Shown piece by piece: positions 38,596 to 47,326 of a stretch of DNA of 64,000 bases. This DNA comes from a virus. Lineage: Duplodnaviria; Caudoviricetes. The translations under genes and the position numbers were made by a program. The DNA is taken from positions 128,001-192,000 of the IMG/VR virus record IMGVR_UViG_3300023174_000048, one strand, 5' to 3'. Numbering within the stretch: position 1 is the first letter of the stretch; every line of letters starts with the position of its first letter. The notes below the pieces were generated by a model. That model was not told the DNA's origin. It did no database searches and saw nothing but the letters and a program-made list of their open reading frames with translations.

Positions 38596-38887
38596 ATCTA
38601 TCTCCTTCTTTCTTTTTATCAAAGTTAAATTGATATTTTTGTTTTACTGTTCCGTTATTTCCAAAATAATTGCTAAGATCATCAATTGCTGATCGTGCTT
38701 GTTTATTTCCATTATTGAGTATGCTATTTCTAGCATATTCCCACATATCTTCAAATTCTTCAGCTTCTTTGCTATCATTTTCCCATAAATGTCCAAAAAT
38801 AGCTTCGAATCTTGCTAGTGAGCCAATCATTGTGGTTTGAAATTTTTTATATACATTATCTACTAATATTTTTTGTTCGTTTGTCAT
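38585..38887 (-). CDS. Hypothetical protein (100 aa)
   Basis: Co-oriented helical ORF overlapping the downstream gene's start; plausible composition. Confidence 0.65.
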   Translation of the reverse strand: MTNEQKILVDNVYKKFQTTMIGSLARFEAIFGHLWENDSKEAEEFEDMWEYARNSILNNGNKQARSAIDDLSNYFGNNGTVKQKYQFNFDKKKEGDRYED

Positions 38888-38898
38888 GGTGTTACTTT

Positions 38899-39936
38899 CT
38901 ATCTTTTTCTTGATTGAGATGCTTGATTCATTAAATCCATTCTAACGTCGGGTAAATTCCCGTCATCAACAGAGCCCACTTGCTGAATATAATTCATTTT
39001 CTCTTTCATCCTTCTTAAAGAATCTGGAGAATTTAATCCAATAATATCCTCAATTTCTTCCTTGCTTTGTGGTATTAAAAATACTTCCTGAGCATTTTTT
39101 AATTTCGGATTCATCTCATCAATTTGGGCTTGTTTTTTCGCTTTTTGATTTTTCTCTCTTTGATGAATCATCCAACCATCTAACATATCGTCATCTTCAA
39201 TAACATTGTCTGACGGACACTCAGGATGATCATAAATATTATCATACATTCTAGTTACGCTAACTGTTGTACGCTGATCATCTGTCCAGTCACATACTGC
39301 TTTATTAAAAACTTTTTCTTTATTGCAGTTCCAGTATGACCTCCACATGGAGCTTCGTGCTAATTCTTTATATGAGTCTATTCCTATATTTTTTTTATTA
39401 ACTTCTGTTACTAAATCATTAAAGTAAATATACGATGCTTGGTCACTAGACACTTGTTTGGGAAAAACTCTCATATTATTTTTAAATAATGTATTACAAA
39501 GTATATACTCATTTTTTATGGATGATGCATATCCTTCTAAACTATGAGAAAATAGATCGTTTTTATAGTCCATAATTTTATTTAATTGATTTCTATATTC
39601 ACTTAATGATCTTTTAATTTTTTTTACTTTATCCGATAATGCTGCTGATAAAAACATATCTACTTTGCTTCTTTCAATCTTTTTTTCTATATCTTTAATA
39701 ATCTTGTTTGTGTCCTTTGACCACAGGCCCAAACTAATTAACATATTATCCAAATCTTCTGCTCTAATCCAATCATTATATTTTTCATCATTAATAATAC
39801 TATCATATAATATTTGAGCTTCATACTTAATATCAACAGATGAGTTTTTTAGCTCATATTGCTCATTTTTATATGTGAATAATATTTTTCCTGACAACAC
39901 TCTATATAATAGTAATTCCAGATCAGCATCAGTCAT
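38899..39936 (-). CDS. Probable tail assembly chaperone (paralogue of 37696..38595)
   Basis: 345-aa ORF between tail tube and TMP. Shares EAQxxY, (L/Q)GLW and HS(L/A)EG.A...(NE/FN)Y(I/L) with the 37696 gene. Confidence 0.6.
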   Translation of the reverse strand: MTDADLELLLYRVLSGKILFTYKNEQYELKNSSVDIKYEAQILYDSIINDEKYNDWIRAEDLDNMLISLGLWSKDTNKIIKDIEKKIERSKVDMFLSAALSDKVKKIKRSLSEYRNQLNKIMDYKNDLFSHSLEGYASSIKNEYILCNTLFKNNMRVFPKQVSSDQASYIYFNDLVTEVNKKNIGIDSYKELARSSMWRSYWNCNKEKVFNKAVCDWTDDQRTTVSVTRMYDNIYDHPECPSDNVIEDDDMLDGWMIHQREKNQKAKKQAQIDEMNPKLKNAQEVFLIPQSKEEIEDIIGLNSPDSLRRMKEKMNYIQQVGSVDDGNLPDVRMDLMNQASQSRKR

Positions 39937-40072
39937 CCTTGTTCCTGGTTTGTTTTAACTTTAGAATTTCAGAATCCTTGTCCTTTAACTGCTGCTGTAA
40001 ACGCTCTAGCAGTTTTTGCATATTATACATGTCCACATATAATTTTCCTACTATACTGAATAGTTCATCCAT
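39929..40072 (-). CDS. Small coiled-coil protein (47 aa), below the ORF-track cutoff
   Basis: Manual translation MDELFSIVGKLYVDMYNMQKLLERLQQQLKDKDSEILKLKQTRNKDD*. AGGA RBS 5 nt upstream of the ATG; its last codons overlap the ATG of 38899..39936. Confidence 0.6.
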   Translation of the reverse strand: MDELFSIVGKLYVDMYNMQKLLERLQQQLKDKDSEILKLKQTRNKDD

Positions 40073-40127
40073 AGTTGTCCTAAGTCCTGTTCAATATCCC
40101 TTGTCTGCTTACAAATTTAACTAATTA

Positions 40128-41252
40128 TCAGTCACCTACTATGGTGGCATCATTGACACCATCTACAAAACTAATAGCCGTAGGATCAGTACCAGTGCCG
40201 AATGTTCCGCTACCAGTTACAACAAGCTTATTAAAGGTTTGATAGCTATATGTAACAGTAGCATTACCACCACCAGTATCTCCACCATTATAATTAACAC
40301 TTGTTAGTTTATTCTTTTTTCCAAGATCAAGCCTTAATGAATCATTAATACCAGAACCACAAATAACAATATTAACTTCTTTATCTTGTAAATTCTTATA
40401 AACAGTAGAACAGCTTGATGTTTGTGAGCTAAAGTCTGAAGCCTCAACCATATCTCCACTAGCAGCAATAATTTGGAATTCACTAGTAACTTCAAGAGGG
40501 AATGTTACATAACGATAGTATGGAGCCATGGTTCCTAATTCGTAAATTGCTTCACGACCAAGATTAGCACTAATCGTAACACTTTGCATTCTTGGCTTGC
40601 CACCACCAGGAGCAGGAATACCACCGCCAACACCAGTTGGAATAATACTTTGTGTTGTGTTATATTTATAACGTCTAGCAATTGATGGAGCTGTCATGGT
40701 TCCAGCGTCACTGCCTCCACCGAAGGTGCCATTGGAACTTGGAGCCCCATTTAATCCGCTATTCCATACTTTATTATTTCCAACAAGAGTAATGTCTTCT
40801 GTAGCATTTCCTTCAACAGGAATTGTATAGCTAATGCTTGATAAATACATTCCGCTGCAATCAACATAATTAGTTGGTGTTCCAGTAGCAGCTGTTAAAT
40901 CGTCACTATAAAGACCTAAACGAACGTTAACTCTATTATTTGCTAAAGCAACAAGTTCTTTTCCACTAGCACTAGCAGGACCAGCGCTTCCACCCATACA
41001 TAATAGGTATAGTGGGAATGTTCCATCAATAACTTTGCTCATTGTAACTTCAACTTCAGGAACATTTTCAATGTTGTCATAAAGTTCGATTTGACCTAAT
41101 TGGAAAACTTGTTCTAGTGTGAAGTTTGTTGTGATACCTATGCTCTGTAAGCCTCTGGGGTAGTACCAGTTACCATTAACTGATGTTCCGTCTACGTTTT
41201 GTCCTTTAAGAGCAACACCTTGTGTGGCGTAAAAAATTCTATTAAATGGCAT
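40128..41252 (-). CDS. Major tail tube protein
   Basis: 374 aa; GLQSIGITTNFTLEQVFQLGQIELY...PEVEVTMSK and a second half MQSVTISANLGREAIYELG...YRYVTFPLEVTSEF, a duplicated tube-protein-like beta pattern. Lies after the tail terminator, with GGAGA RBS. No sheath gene in the window. Confidence 0.75.
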   Translation of the reverse strand: MPFNRIFYATQGVALKGQNVDGTSVNGNWYYPRGLQSIGITTNFTLEQVFQLGQIELYDNIENVPEVEVTMSKVIDGTFPLYLLCMGGSAGPASASGKELVALANNRVNVRLGLYSDDLTAATGTPTNYVDCSGMYLSSISYTIPVEGNATEDITLVGNNKVWNSGLNGAPSSNGTFGGGSDAGTMTAPSIARRYKYNTTQSIIPTGVGGGIPAPGGGKPRMQSVTISANLGREAIYELGTMAPYYRYVTFPLEVTSEFQIIAASGDMVEASDFSSQTSSCSTVYKNLQDKEVNIVICGSGINDSLRLDLGKKNKLTSVNYNGGDTGGGNATVTYSYQTFNKLVVTGSGTFGTGTDPTAISFVDGVNDATIVGD

Positions 41253-41288
41253 TTGTATTCTCCGAATAAGGGGTGTTTTGATTTATAT

Positions 41289-41301
41289 GTAATATACACC
41301 A
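41289..41301 (-). promoter_or_regulatory. GTGTA-led intergenic motif, copy 4
   Basis: TGGTGTATATTAC upstream of the tail tube gene. Confidence 0.5.
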
Positions 41302-41303
41302 AG

Positions 41304-42239
41304 TCATGGAAAAATTTCTATCGACCATCTGATAAGACCATTATATAAGTTGCTGCTCAAAGTATTCATTTCGCCAAGACTGCTACTTTTAATATTACAC
41401 CAATACTGCCTAAAATTAGATACCAAATCAGGATAATTTTGTCCATTTCGATTAATACTTCCTTCAGAAGTTAATGAATAAACTTGGTTTTTGGCTACTT
41501 TATCAGAGTCGTATAAAAATAAAACTTTATCTTTTTGAGCTAATAATATGTCAATTAAAATGTTTCTTTGGGTTGCTGTTGGAGAGAAAACGTGAAGAAA
41601 AACATCCTGAGTCCAAACATTTTGAGTAGTTCCTAATTGGAAAGGAGTTAATTCTGTTCTTGGAGCAAGCTCTATCATAACTGCTGGTAATTGAACTCTA
41701 TGAACAGAGGTAATAGCATAATCTCCATTGGGTTTATAATTAGCCGGATTATATGTTTCTTTTTGAACCTCTTTCCACCATAATGAATCACTAGATTTAT
41801 AAGTTTGAATATATCTATATGAATATCCTGCAGTAACAGAACTAGTGGCCGAAACAGCATTAGTAAATTTAATTTGACCTAATGGATAATTTACAGAATA
41901 TGTATAACTACCACTTCCTGATGGAGCAGGCAAGAGGGTATTATTTAAATATACTCCAGAGAATAAAGACGGCGAAACTCCACTGTATACTATTCCTGAT
42001 TCGTAAACCCAATCTTTTCTTGGGGCCTCCCATAATCTATTTCCTGCAATAGTCGGGTCGGTTGACAACTTTAATGTTTGAAAACCAACTGTTCCGGTTA
42101 TAGCCACTGTTGGAGTTGATACATTTATGAATCCTCCAATATTTAAAAATGACCAATCTAGAAAACTCTTTAAATTGTCTTCTAAATTTGATATTTTATC
42201 TTTATATGTTATTGAGCCAACATTATGAAATTGTGTCAT
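41304..42239 (-). CDS. Putative tail terminator/completion protein
   Basis: Immediately upstream of the tail tube; C-terminal VQLPAVMIE...QDVFLHVFS...QRNILIDIL matches the tail-terminator pattern. Confidence 0.6.
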   Translation of the reverse strand: MTQFHNVGSITYKDKISNLEDNLKSFLDWSFLNIGGFINVSTPTVAITGTVGFQTLKLSTDPTIAGNRLWEAPRKDWVYESGIVYSGVSPSLFSGVYLNNTLLPAPSGSGSYTYSVNYPLGQIKFTNAVSATSSVTAGYSYRYIQTYKSSDSLWWKEVQKETYNPANYKPNGDYAITSVHRVQLPAVMIELAPRTELTPFQLGTTQNVWTQDVFLHVFSPTATQRNILIDILLAQKDKVLFLYDSDKVAKNQVYSLTSEGSINRNGQNYPDLVSNFRQYWCNIKSSSLGEMNTLSSNLYNGLIRWSIEIFP

Positions 42240-42877
42240 AGATTTTTTTCTATATTCTCTTGAATAATTTTATAGACACTATCTTCTACACTATTTATGG
42301 CCCTGGTTGTCCAATTATCATTTTCTGTTCCGGCAAACTGTGGAGGAACTCTCCAAGAACTTGACGATGGAATCATAATGGCCATTCCTGATCTTGAATA
42401 TGGAGATGGAAAATATGATACCTCATAGTTTTTAACTAATATTTCATTACCTTTTAATAATAGCCATTCTAGCCATGGCAAAGAATATCCACTAGCATCT
42501 TTTACAGACGCTGGTTCGGTATATATTACTCCATTCATATCATCAGATTTCATCATTGTAAGCACGAATCCACCAGATAAACCTTTATTTGTAACTTTTA
42601 TATCGTTTCTTTGAACAGCTAATGTCTCTATTAGAGCGTCTATGACAGAATTGATTGAAGTAGCATCAGCTATGCCTAATTCAGCTTTTAGCGTTCCTGT
42701 CATTAAAGAAGAATATTCTGGTTGGTTTCTTAAAGATTCACTAATAAGAATTTTAATTTCTGTTGAGATTTTTGGAAGGGCTGTATTGATAGCTTTATCT
42801 AGAATAATCTTTAATTCATCCATGATTAGTTTAGAAATTTGACTATCAGTTTCTAACAATCGTAAAGAAAATTTCAT
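42236..42877 (-). CDS. Putative neck/tail-component protein (HK97 gp10-like position)
   Basis: 213 aa in the neck block with ATGA-type overlaps; motifs LPWLEWLL and RSGMAIM. Function from synteny. Confidence 0.55.
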   Translation of the reverse strand: MKFSLRLLETDSQISKLIMDELKIILDKAINTALPKISTEIKILISESLRNQPEYSSLMTGTLKAELGIADATSINSVIDALIETLAVQRNDIKVTNKGLSGGFVLTMMKSDDMNGVIYTEPASVKDASGYSLPWLEWLLLKGNEILVKNYEVSYFPSPYSRSGMAIMIPSSSSWRVPPQFAGTENDNWTTRAINSVEDSVYKIIQENIEKNL

Positions 42878-43407
42878 TTACGTTTCCACATGGTTATAAT
42901 ATATGAATTATTACCAAGTCCTGCCGGTTCTGGATCTCCAGCTCTTTCATAAGTATAATTACCATATTTGCTGATCTTAGAGTCTATAATAATTTCAGAA
43001 GCATTTTTAATTTTGGGTAAAAGTTCAACTTTACATATTGTTTGAACCATTCCATCTGGAATATTAATGGTTTTTGAAGACCAATTCATCCAATATTTAC
43101 TATCGAATATGCAAGCTAAATATACTGTTTCGCTTGAGGATGATGATGTTGTCATGCCCATACCCATACAAGAAGGACATATTGAACCTTCTGGAAATGG
43201 ATTTGGTCCTCTATTATTATATTTATTTGAAGATAATCCAGATATAGTATCAAAAATACAGTTATTACAATAAACAGTATTTCCCGCACCAGAGTATTTA
43301 AAAATACAAGGAACAGTCAATGCTGTGGTTTCCAACAAAGAGTCTATGGCGTCTTTATATAATTGTTTAAATTCTGAATTTATTAAACTAGAAAAAGGAT
43401 TTGTCAT
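42874..43407 (-). CDS. Putative head-closure protein with two CxxC pairs
   Basis: 177 aa; YCNNC and ICPSCMG; C-terminus with Y.YERAGDPEPAGLG...YIITMWKR. Function from synteny. Confidence 0.55.
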   Translation of the reverse strand: MTNPFSSLINSEFKQLYKDAIDSLLETTALTVPCIFKYSGAGNTVYCNNCIFDTISGLSSNKYNNRGPNPFPEGSICPSCMGMGMTTSSSSSETVYLACIFDSKYWMNWSSKTINIPDGMVQTICKVELLPKIKNASEIIIDSKISKYGNYTYERAGDPEPAGLGNNSYIITMWKRK

Positions 43408-43601
43408 TTTGATATATAAACCATATTTGGTGGACTATTTTGCAAATCAACAGATGTTTTAGTTAAATTTTGACTATATTGTAGAATAATTTTAGAAATA
43501 CTAATAGTATTTGTAATAAGATTATTCATGGATATTGATAGAGTTGACTGCTCTATATTAACATATCCAATAGAGTTATAGTTTTCTTTAACAATATTCA
43601 T
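43404..43601 (-). CDS. Hypothetical protein (65 aa)
   Basis: Fills the gap and overlaps both neighbours by 1-4 nt, consistent with translational coupling. Confidence 0.45.
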   Translation of the reverse strand: MNIVKENYNSIGYVNIEQSTLSISMNNLITNTISISKIILQYSQNLTKTSVDLQNSPPNMVYISK

Positions 43602-43843
43602 TATGGATTATTGGCTGGTGGAGTTTTAGCTTCTCCTGGAACTCCGGGTGCAGAAGGAGCATAAGGAGCGTCTTTATCAACTATTGCCTGAATGCATAAT
43701 TGTGCCCATAATTCGGCTTCTGTAGCGGATGCCCAAGGTGTTGAGTCTGGCCAATCTGGTTGATATACAATTGGCTCAGTTCGTCCTTCAGTAAAAATAT
43801 TAATCGCAAAACTATTGGGATCTACTGTGTAAGTTAAATTCAT
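43601..43843 (-). CDS. Small acidic protein, possible fibre-assembly chaperone
   Basis: 80 aa with AGGAG RBS, directly after a beta-propeller adhesin gene; QPDWPD..PW motif. The chaperone role is inference. Confidence 0.55.
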   Translation of the reverse strand: MNLTYTVDPNSFAINIFTEGRTEPIVYQPDWPDSTPWASATEAELWAQLCIQAIVDKDAPYAPSAPGVPGEAKTPPANNP

Positions 43844-43874
43844 AAAATCATCTCCTATATTTAAAATTAAAATA

Positions 43875-45188
43875 TTATGTAATACTATACCAATTGTCTG
43901 TAGTTATTGATCTTTGTGTCCAAGATATTCCATTTGTTGATGTTGCTACTATACTACCATTACCAATAGCAATAAAAGTACTGTTTTTATATATTATACT
44001 ACTCCACTGATTAGCAAAAATAGTTTGACTTGACCAACTGGATGTATTGCTAGATAGGGCAACAGCCGATGAGCCGTTTGCTATGGCAACATAAACTCCA
44101 TTACCATAGGCTACTGTTGTCCAATAATCAGAAGATGGCAGTGTTGCAGAAGTCCAGCTTATTCCATCTGAACTAATTAAAACATCGTTTGTATTAGCGC
44201 CAACAATCACAAAATTACCATTTCCAAAAGTTATGTCTTTCCATTCTCTGGATAATGGCAATGATCTTTGAGTCCATGTGGTGCCATTTGTTGATGTTGC
44301 TATTGTTGATGATGAATCTACTATAGCAACAAATATACCATTCCCATATACTACAGATTTCCATGTGGCACTAGCTGGTAGATTTACTGCGTTCCAAGTT
44401 AATCCATCAGACGATGTGGCAGCAATATATGATGTTGATAGCACAAGGAATATACCATTAGCATAGATTGCCTTCGTCCATTGATTATTGACATTAGCAA
44501 TATTAAAATTATTACTGGCCCAAGTTATACCATTCGACGAATAATCATAATCTGAACTATTATATGCACATGCTATAACTTTATTGCTTCCAGAAGCTAC
44601 GCCTGTCCAATATCTAGAAGCTGTTAAATTATTAATATTCCATGTTGCTCCATTATTTGTAGAAGCTGCTGATCTGTTACTATTAAAGGCCACAGCAACA
44701 GGAAAACCCCCAACAGGATATACAACGGGTATTGTGGGATCGGGTGTTGGACTTGGTTCTGGCATTGGGCTTGGTTCTGGCGTTGAAGTAACAGTTTGAG
44801 TAATTGATGGAGTAGGGGTGACGTAAGGAGTAACAGATATTGTTGGTGTTACTGTCATTGTTGGTGTTACTGTTTGAGTTACTGAAATTGTTGGAGTTTG
44901 TGTTGGACTTATACTAATTGTGGGAGTAACAGTTCTTGTTTGTGTTGGAGTTTTGGTAACTGTGCGAGTTGGTGTTCTTGTTACTCCGGGCAGTGCTGCT
45001 CCTGGCCCAAGCTTATAATAAGCAGGATCATCAAACTTTTCATCATATTTATCTATATCGGATGGATTAATTGGATCAGTATCTTTTGAGCTATCATAGC
45101 GACCTATTCCTTGTCCACCTGTATTTACAGTACTAGAACCATTACTTATTGGTTTGTCTTCTCTTGCTTTTGAAATATCTGTCATCAA
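43875..45188 (-). CDS. Adhesin-like protein: Thr/Pro linker plus BNR-like beta-propeller
   Basis: T-P-T-x-T tract at about 44750-45000; repeats SSNGITW, SSDGLTW, STNGTTW, SSDGISW, STNGISW and W..V.YGNG.FV. Confidence 0.8.
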   Translation of the reverse strand: MMTDISKAREDKPISNGSSTVNTGGQGIGRYDSSKDTDPINPSDIDKYDEKFDDPAYYKLGPGAALPGVTRTPTRTVTKTPTQTRTVTPTISISPTQTPTISVTQTVTPTMTVTPTISVTPYVTPTPSITQTVTSTPEPSPMPEPSPTPDPTIPVVYPVGGFPVAVAFNSNRSAASTNNGATWNINNLTASRYWTGVASGSNKVIACAYNSSDYDYSSNGITWASNNFNIANVNNQWTKAIYANGIFLVLSTSYIAATSSDGLTWNAVNLPASATWKSVVYGNGIFVAIVDSSSTIATSTNGTTWTQRSLPLSREWKDITFGNGNFVIVGANTNDVLISSDGISWTSATLPSSDYWTTVAYGNGVYVAIANGSSAVALSSNTSSWSSQTIFANQWSSIIYKNSTFIAIGNGSIVATSTNGISWTQRSITTDNWYSIT

Positions 45189-45208
45189 TATATCCTTTAT
45201 TTATAAGA

Positions 45209-46207
45209 TTATGGTTTGTATGTTAGTACAAGTTTCCAGCCACCTATTGATCCAGAAATTGTGGGATCGGTATCTTTTACTATGAGATTCCAAACTCCGG
45301 TTACGCTATTTCCAAATAAATGATTAAAATTATATGCTAAAGTTTCATTTGAGTATTTGATAGAGTTTATTTTTTGACTATTATTATATATATTACATAG
45401 ATTACCGTTAGATACATTATGTAGATATACTGTTGGTAGTGCTTTATTAGAAAACATAAAACTAAAGTTATTACTATTATTAGATATTTTATGATTACCA
45501 GCCAAGAGTATTTTATTACCAGAAGGTGGAGCTAATAGTAATTGCAAATCTTGTGGAGATGAATGGTTTAGATTATTTATAACAAGTTCCACATTTTCTA
45601 TTTGTCTGGTATCTGTTGTAGAAACTGATCCAGTAACGGATGATAGGTCGGGTATTTGTAGTGACGATCCTTCATATACTTTAGAATAAATATCAATGTC
45701 TAAACAGTCAGTTTTTAAGCATAGATCTTCAGCATCTGGTACTGGGGTGGTTGTAGGAGTTGATGTTCCCCCATCGGTATTGCCTCCTGCTGTTCCTGTG
45801 CCGGTTCCTGTACCTGAGTTTGTCTGTAATAGTTGACAATTTGGAAATGGAGTTTGTCGTTTCTGAATAGTTATAGAACCAGAAACTAATCTAATAACTT
45901 TGGTTCCTTGTATAAGATCTAAATCATATACGGCACTATTGAATGAATATAATTTAGTTAATGAATTATCAAGCTTTAAACTAATAAGACCTTTATCAGA
46001 ACCAATTAAAGAATAATTACTAGCCTGAGTTGTTGTTGAGAAAGATGTTGTTGCATCTACTCCTGAATTGGGTATCATTTGTAAAACAACACAAGAATTC
46101 TGATTATTGCTTAGGTCAACAGGATTATTATTTTCATCATTATATTGAAAATTAATTTCAAAATCAGAACCCTGTTCAATAATAAAATTATAATTTACTG
46201 CTGGCAT
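45209..46207 (-). CDS. Virion protein: BppU_N/Ig-like N-terminal domain plus proprotein-convertase P-domain
   Basis: N-terminus YNFIIEQGSDF...YDLDLIQG..VIRLVSGSITI; C-terminus IPD...IENVELVINNLNHSSPQDLQLLLAPPSG..ILL...GVWNLIVKD...SGSIGGWKLVL is the P-domain pattern. Confidence 0.75.
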   Translation of the reverse strand: MPAVNYNFIIEQGSDFEINFQYNDENNNPVDLSNNQNSCVVLQMIPNSGVDATTSFSTTTQASNYSLIGSDKGLISLKLDNSLTKLYSFNSAVYDLDLIQGTKVIRLVSGSITIQKRQTPFPNCQLLQTNSGTGTGTGTAGGNTDGGTSTPTTTPVPDAEDLCLKTDCLDIDIYSKVYEGSSLQIPDLSSVTGSVSTTDTRQIENVELVINNLNHSSPQDLQLLLAPPSGNKILLAGNHKISNNSNNFSFMFSNKALPTVYLHNVSNGNLCNIYNNSQKINSIKYSNETLAYNFNHLFGNSVTGVWNLIVKDTDPTISGSIGGWKLVLTYKP

Positions 46208-46219
46208 AAGATTTCCTTA

Positions 46220-46729
46220 TTAAAATAAGTCTCGTCCTCTATTATCAGAGAATAGTGATCGTGGATCAAATTTGTTACCAACAAACGGACCAAGAATTGC
46301 TCTAACAGCAGTAGCCTGACTAACATCCCAGTGAGAAGTTAATTCTTCGTATGATGCGCATGGGCCATTTTCTAATATCTTAATAAATCCTTCAAGACTA
46401 CCTTTAACTGTTAGGGTGGCTGGTCCAAGAGCTGCTCTTATGCCTTCTAATGCTGCTTTTGTTCTTAAGGCGCTTTGATCAACTATACAAGCAGCTTTCA
46501 AAGATACTAAACTAATAAAAATCTCATCATTATCATCAGTAGGGTCAGGACTAATATTGCCCTCTACGACATCAACATTATATAAATGGTCAAGAACAAC
46601 GTCAAATTGAACATATTTAGCAGCGACTGCTATTATTTGTTTTAATCTTTCATCGCTATATGTTGGTTGATCACTTAAATCATTAATAAGTGTTCTTACG
46701 ATTATTGGTATTTCAATATCCCAAGACAT
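46220..46729 (-). CDS. Putative head-tail adaptor/connector
   Basis: 169 aa helical protein, IVRTLINDL...YSDERLKQII.VAAKYV, resembling the gp6/gp15-type adaptor pattern; first gene of the neck block. Confidence 0.6.
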   Translation of the reverse strand: MSWDIEIPIIVRTLINDLSDQPTYSDERLKQIIAVAAKYVQFDVVLDHLYNVDVVEGNISPDPTDDNDEIFISLVSLKAACIVDQSALRTKAALEGIRAALGPATLTVKGSLEGFIKILENGPCASYEELTSHWDVSQATAVRAILGPFVGNKFDPRSLFSDNRGRDLF

Positions 46730-46778
46730 AATATGGCCTTTTTTAAAAATGAAATCTTAAGTACTTATAGGCTTTATC

Positions 46779-46791
46779 TATTTATACACTT
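46779..46791 (-). promoter_or_regulatory. GTGTA-led intergenic motif, copy 3 (contains TATAAATA)
   Basis: AAGTGTATAAATA upstream of the neck block; includes the T4 late-promoter octamer TATAAATA. Confidence 0.55.
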
Positions 46792-46792
46792 T

Positions 46793-47140
46793 TTAAACTG
46801 ATCCTGATGGATTTGGGAGCTGGTCCTGAATAGTCACAGTACCATCTTCATTCATTGTGAATTGACCAATTAAACCTAATCCTGACGATATTGATTCTGG
46901 TTTAATATTGGCTATTAATTGACCAAGAGCATAATGTAATTCGAACACCTCTTTGGCATCTGTTCCTAATGCTTGTGCTATTTCTGAAGGAGTTGCTCGT
47001 GGATTGCTCCAAAAGGTTCGTGACCCCATATTAAAAGCATTAACCATAGACTGAAATGTTTGTCTAGCAGTAACTTTGATGTTTCCTGCTATAACTTCTG
47101 GAACGGTTTTTTGTGACGATGAATTATCTAGAATACTCAT
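46793..47140 (-). CDS. Hypothetical protein (115 aa)
   Basis: Coupled to the upstream ORF by ATGA-type overlap, with GGAGA RBS. Confidence 0.65.
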   Translation of the reverse strand: MSILDNSSSQKTVPEVIAGNIKVTARQTFQSMVNAFNMGSRTFWSNPRATPSEIAQALGTDAKEVFELHYALGQLIANIKPESISSGLGLIGQFTMNEDGTVTIQDQLPNPSGSV

Positions 47141-47319
47141 AAATTTTCTCCATTATTAGGATTTTGTAATTGTAAATAGTTTGATACTAGTTCATTAACT
47201 TCTTCTTGGGTTGGATAGTGGTCAAATCTGAAGAATTGACTAGAATTTTCGTCAATAACTACTCTTACCCTATATTTATCAGCTTCGTCAAGAAAAACTT
47301 CAGTAATTTTATAGTTCAT
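47137..47319 (-). CDS. Small hypothetical protein, possible fibre chaperone
   Basis: 60 aa with GAGGA RBS, directly after the 1057-aa spike gene. Confidence 0.55.
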   Translation of the reverse strand: MNYKITEVFLDEADKYRVRVVIDENSSQFFRFDHYPTQEEVNELVSNYLQLQNPNNGENL

Positions 47320-47326
47320 ATTATCC

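Noticed and set aside
38596-38625. Programmed -1 frameshift at T AAA AAG joining the 100-aa ORF to the downstream chaperone
   Set aside because: The heptamer is not a proper X XXY YYZ site, the downstream ORF is in the +1 frame, and it has its own AAGGAGA RBS and ATG at 38595.
40128-41252. Contractile tail or contractile injection system
   Set aside because: No sheath or baseplate-wedge (gp25/gpJ-like) gene recognised next to the tube, and a true capsid gene is present; this fits a non-contractile phage, although a sheath gene outside the window cannot be excluded.
45198-45205. TATAAATA as a sixth late promoter
   Set aside because: It lacks the GTG lead, lies only about 10 nt from the start codon and abuts the RBS; plausible by chance in AT-rich DNA.
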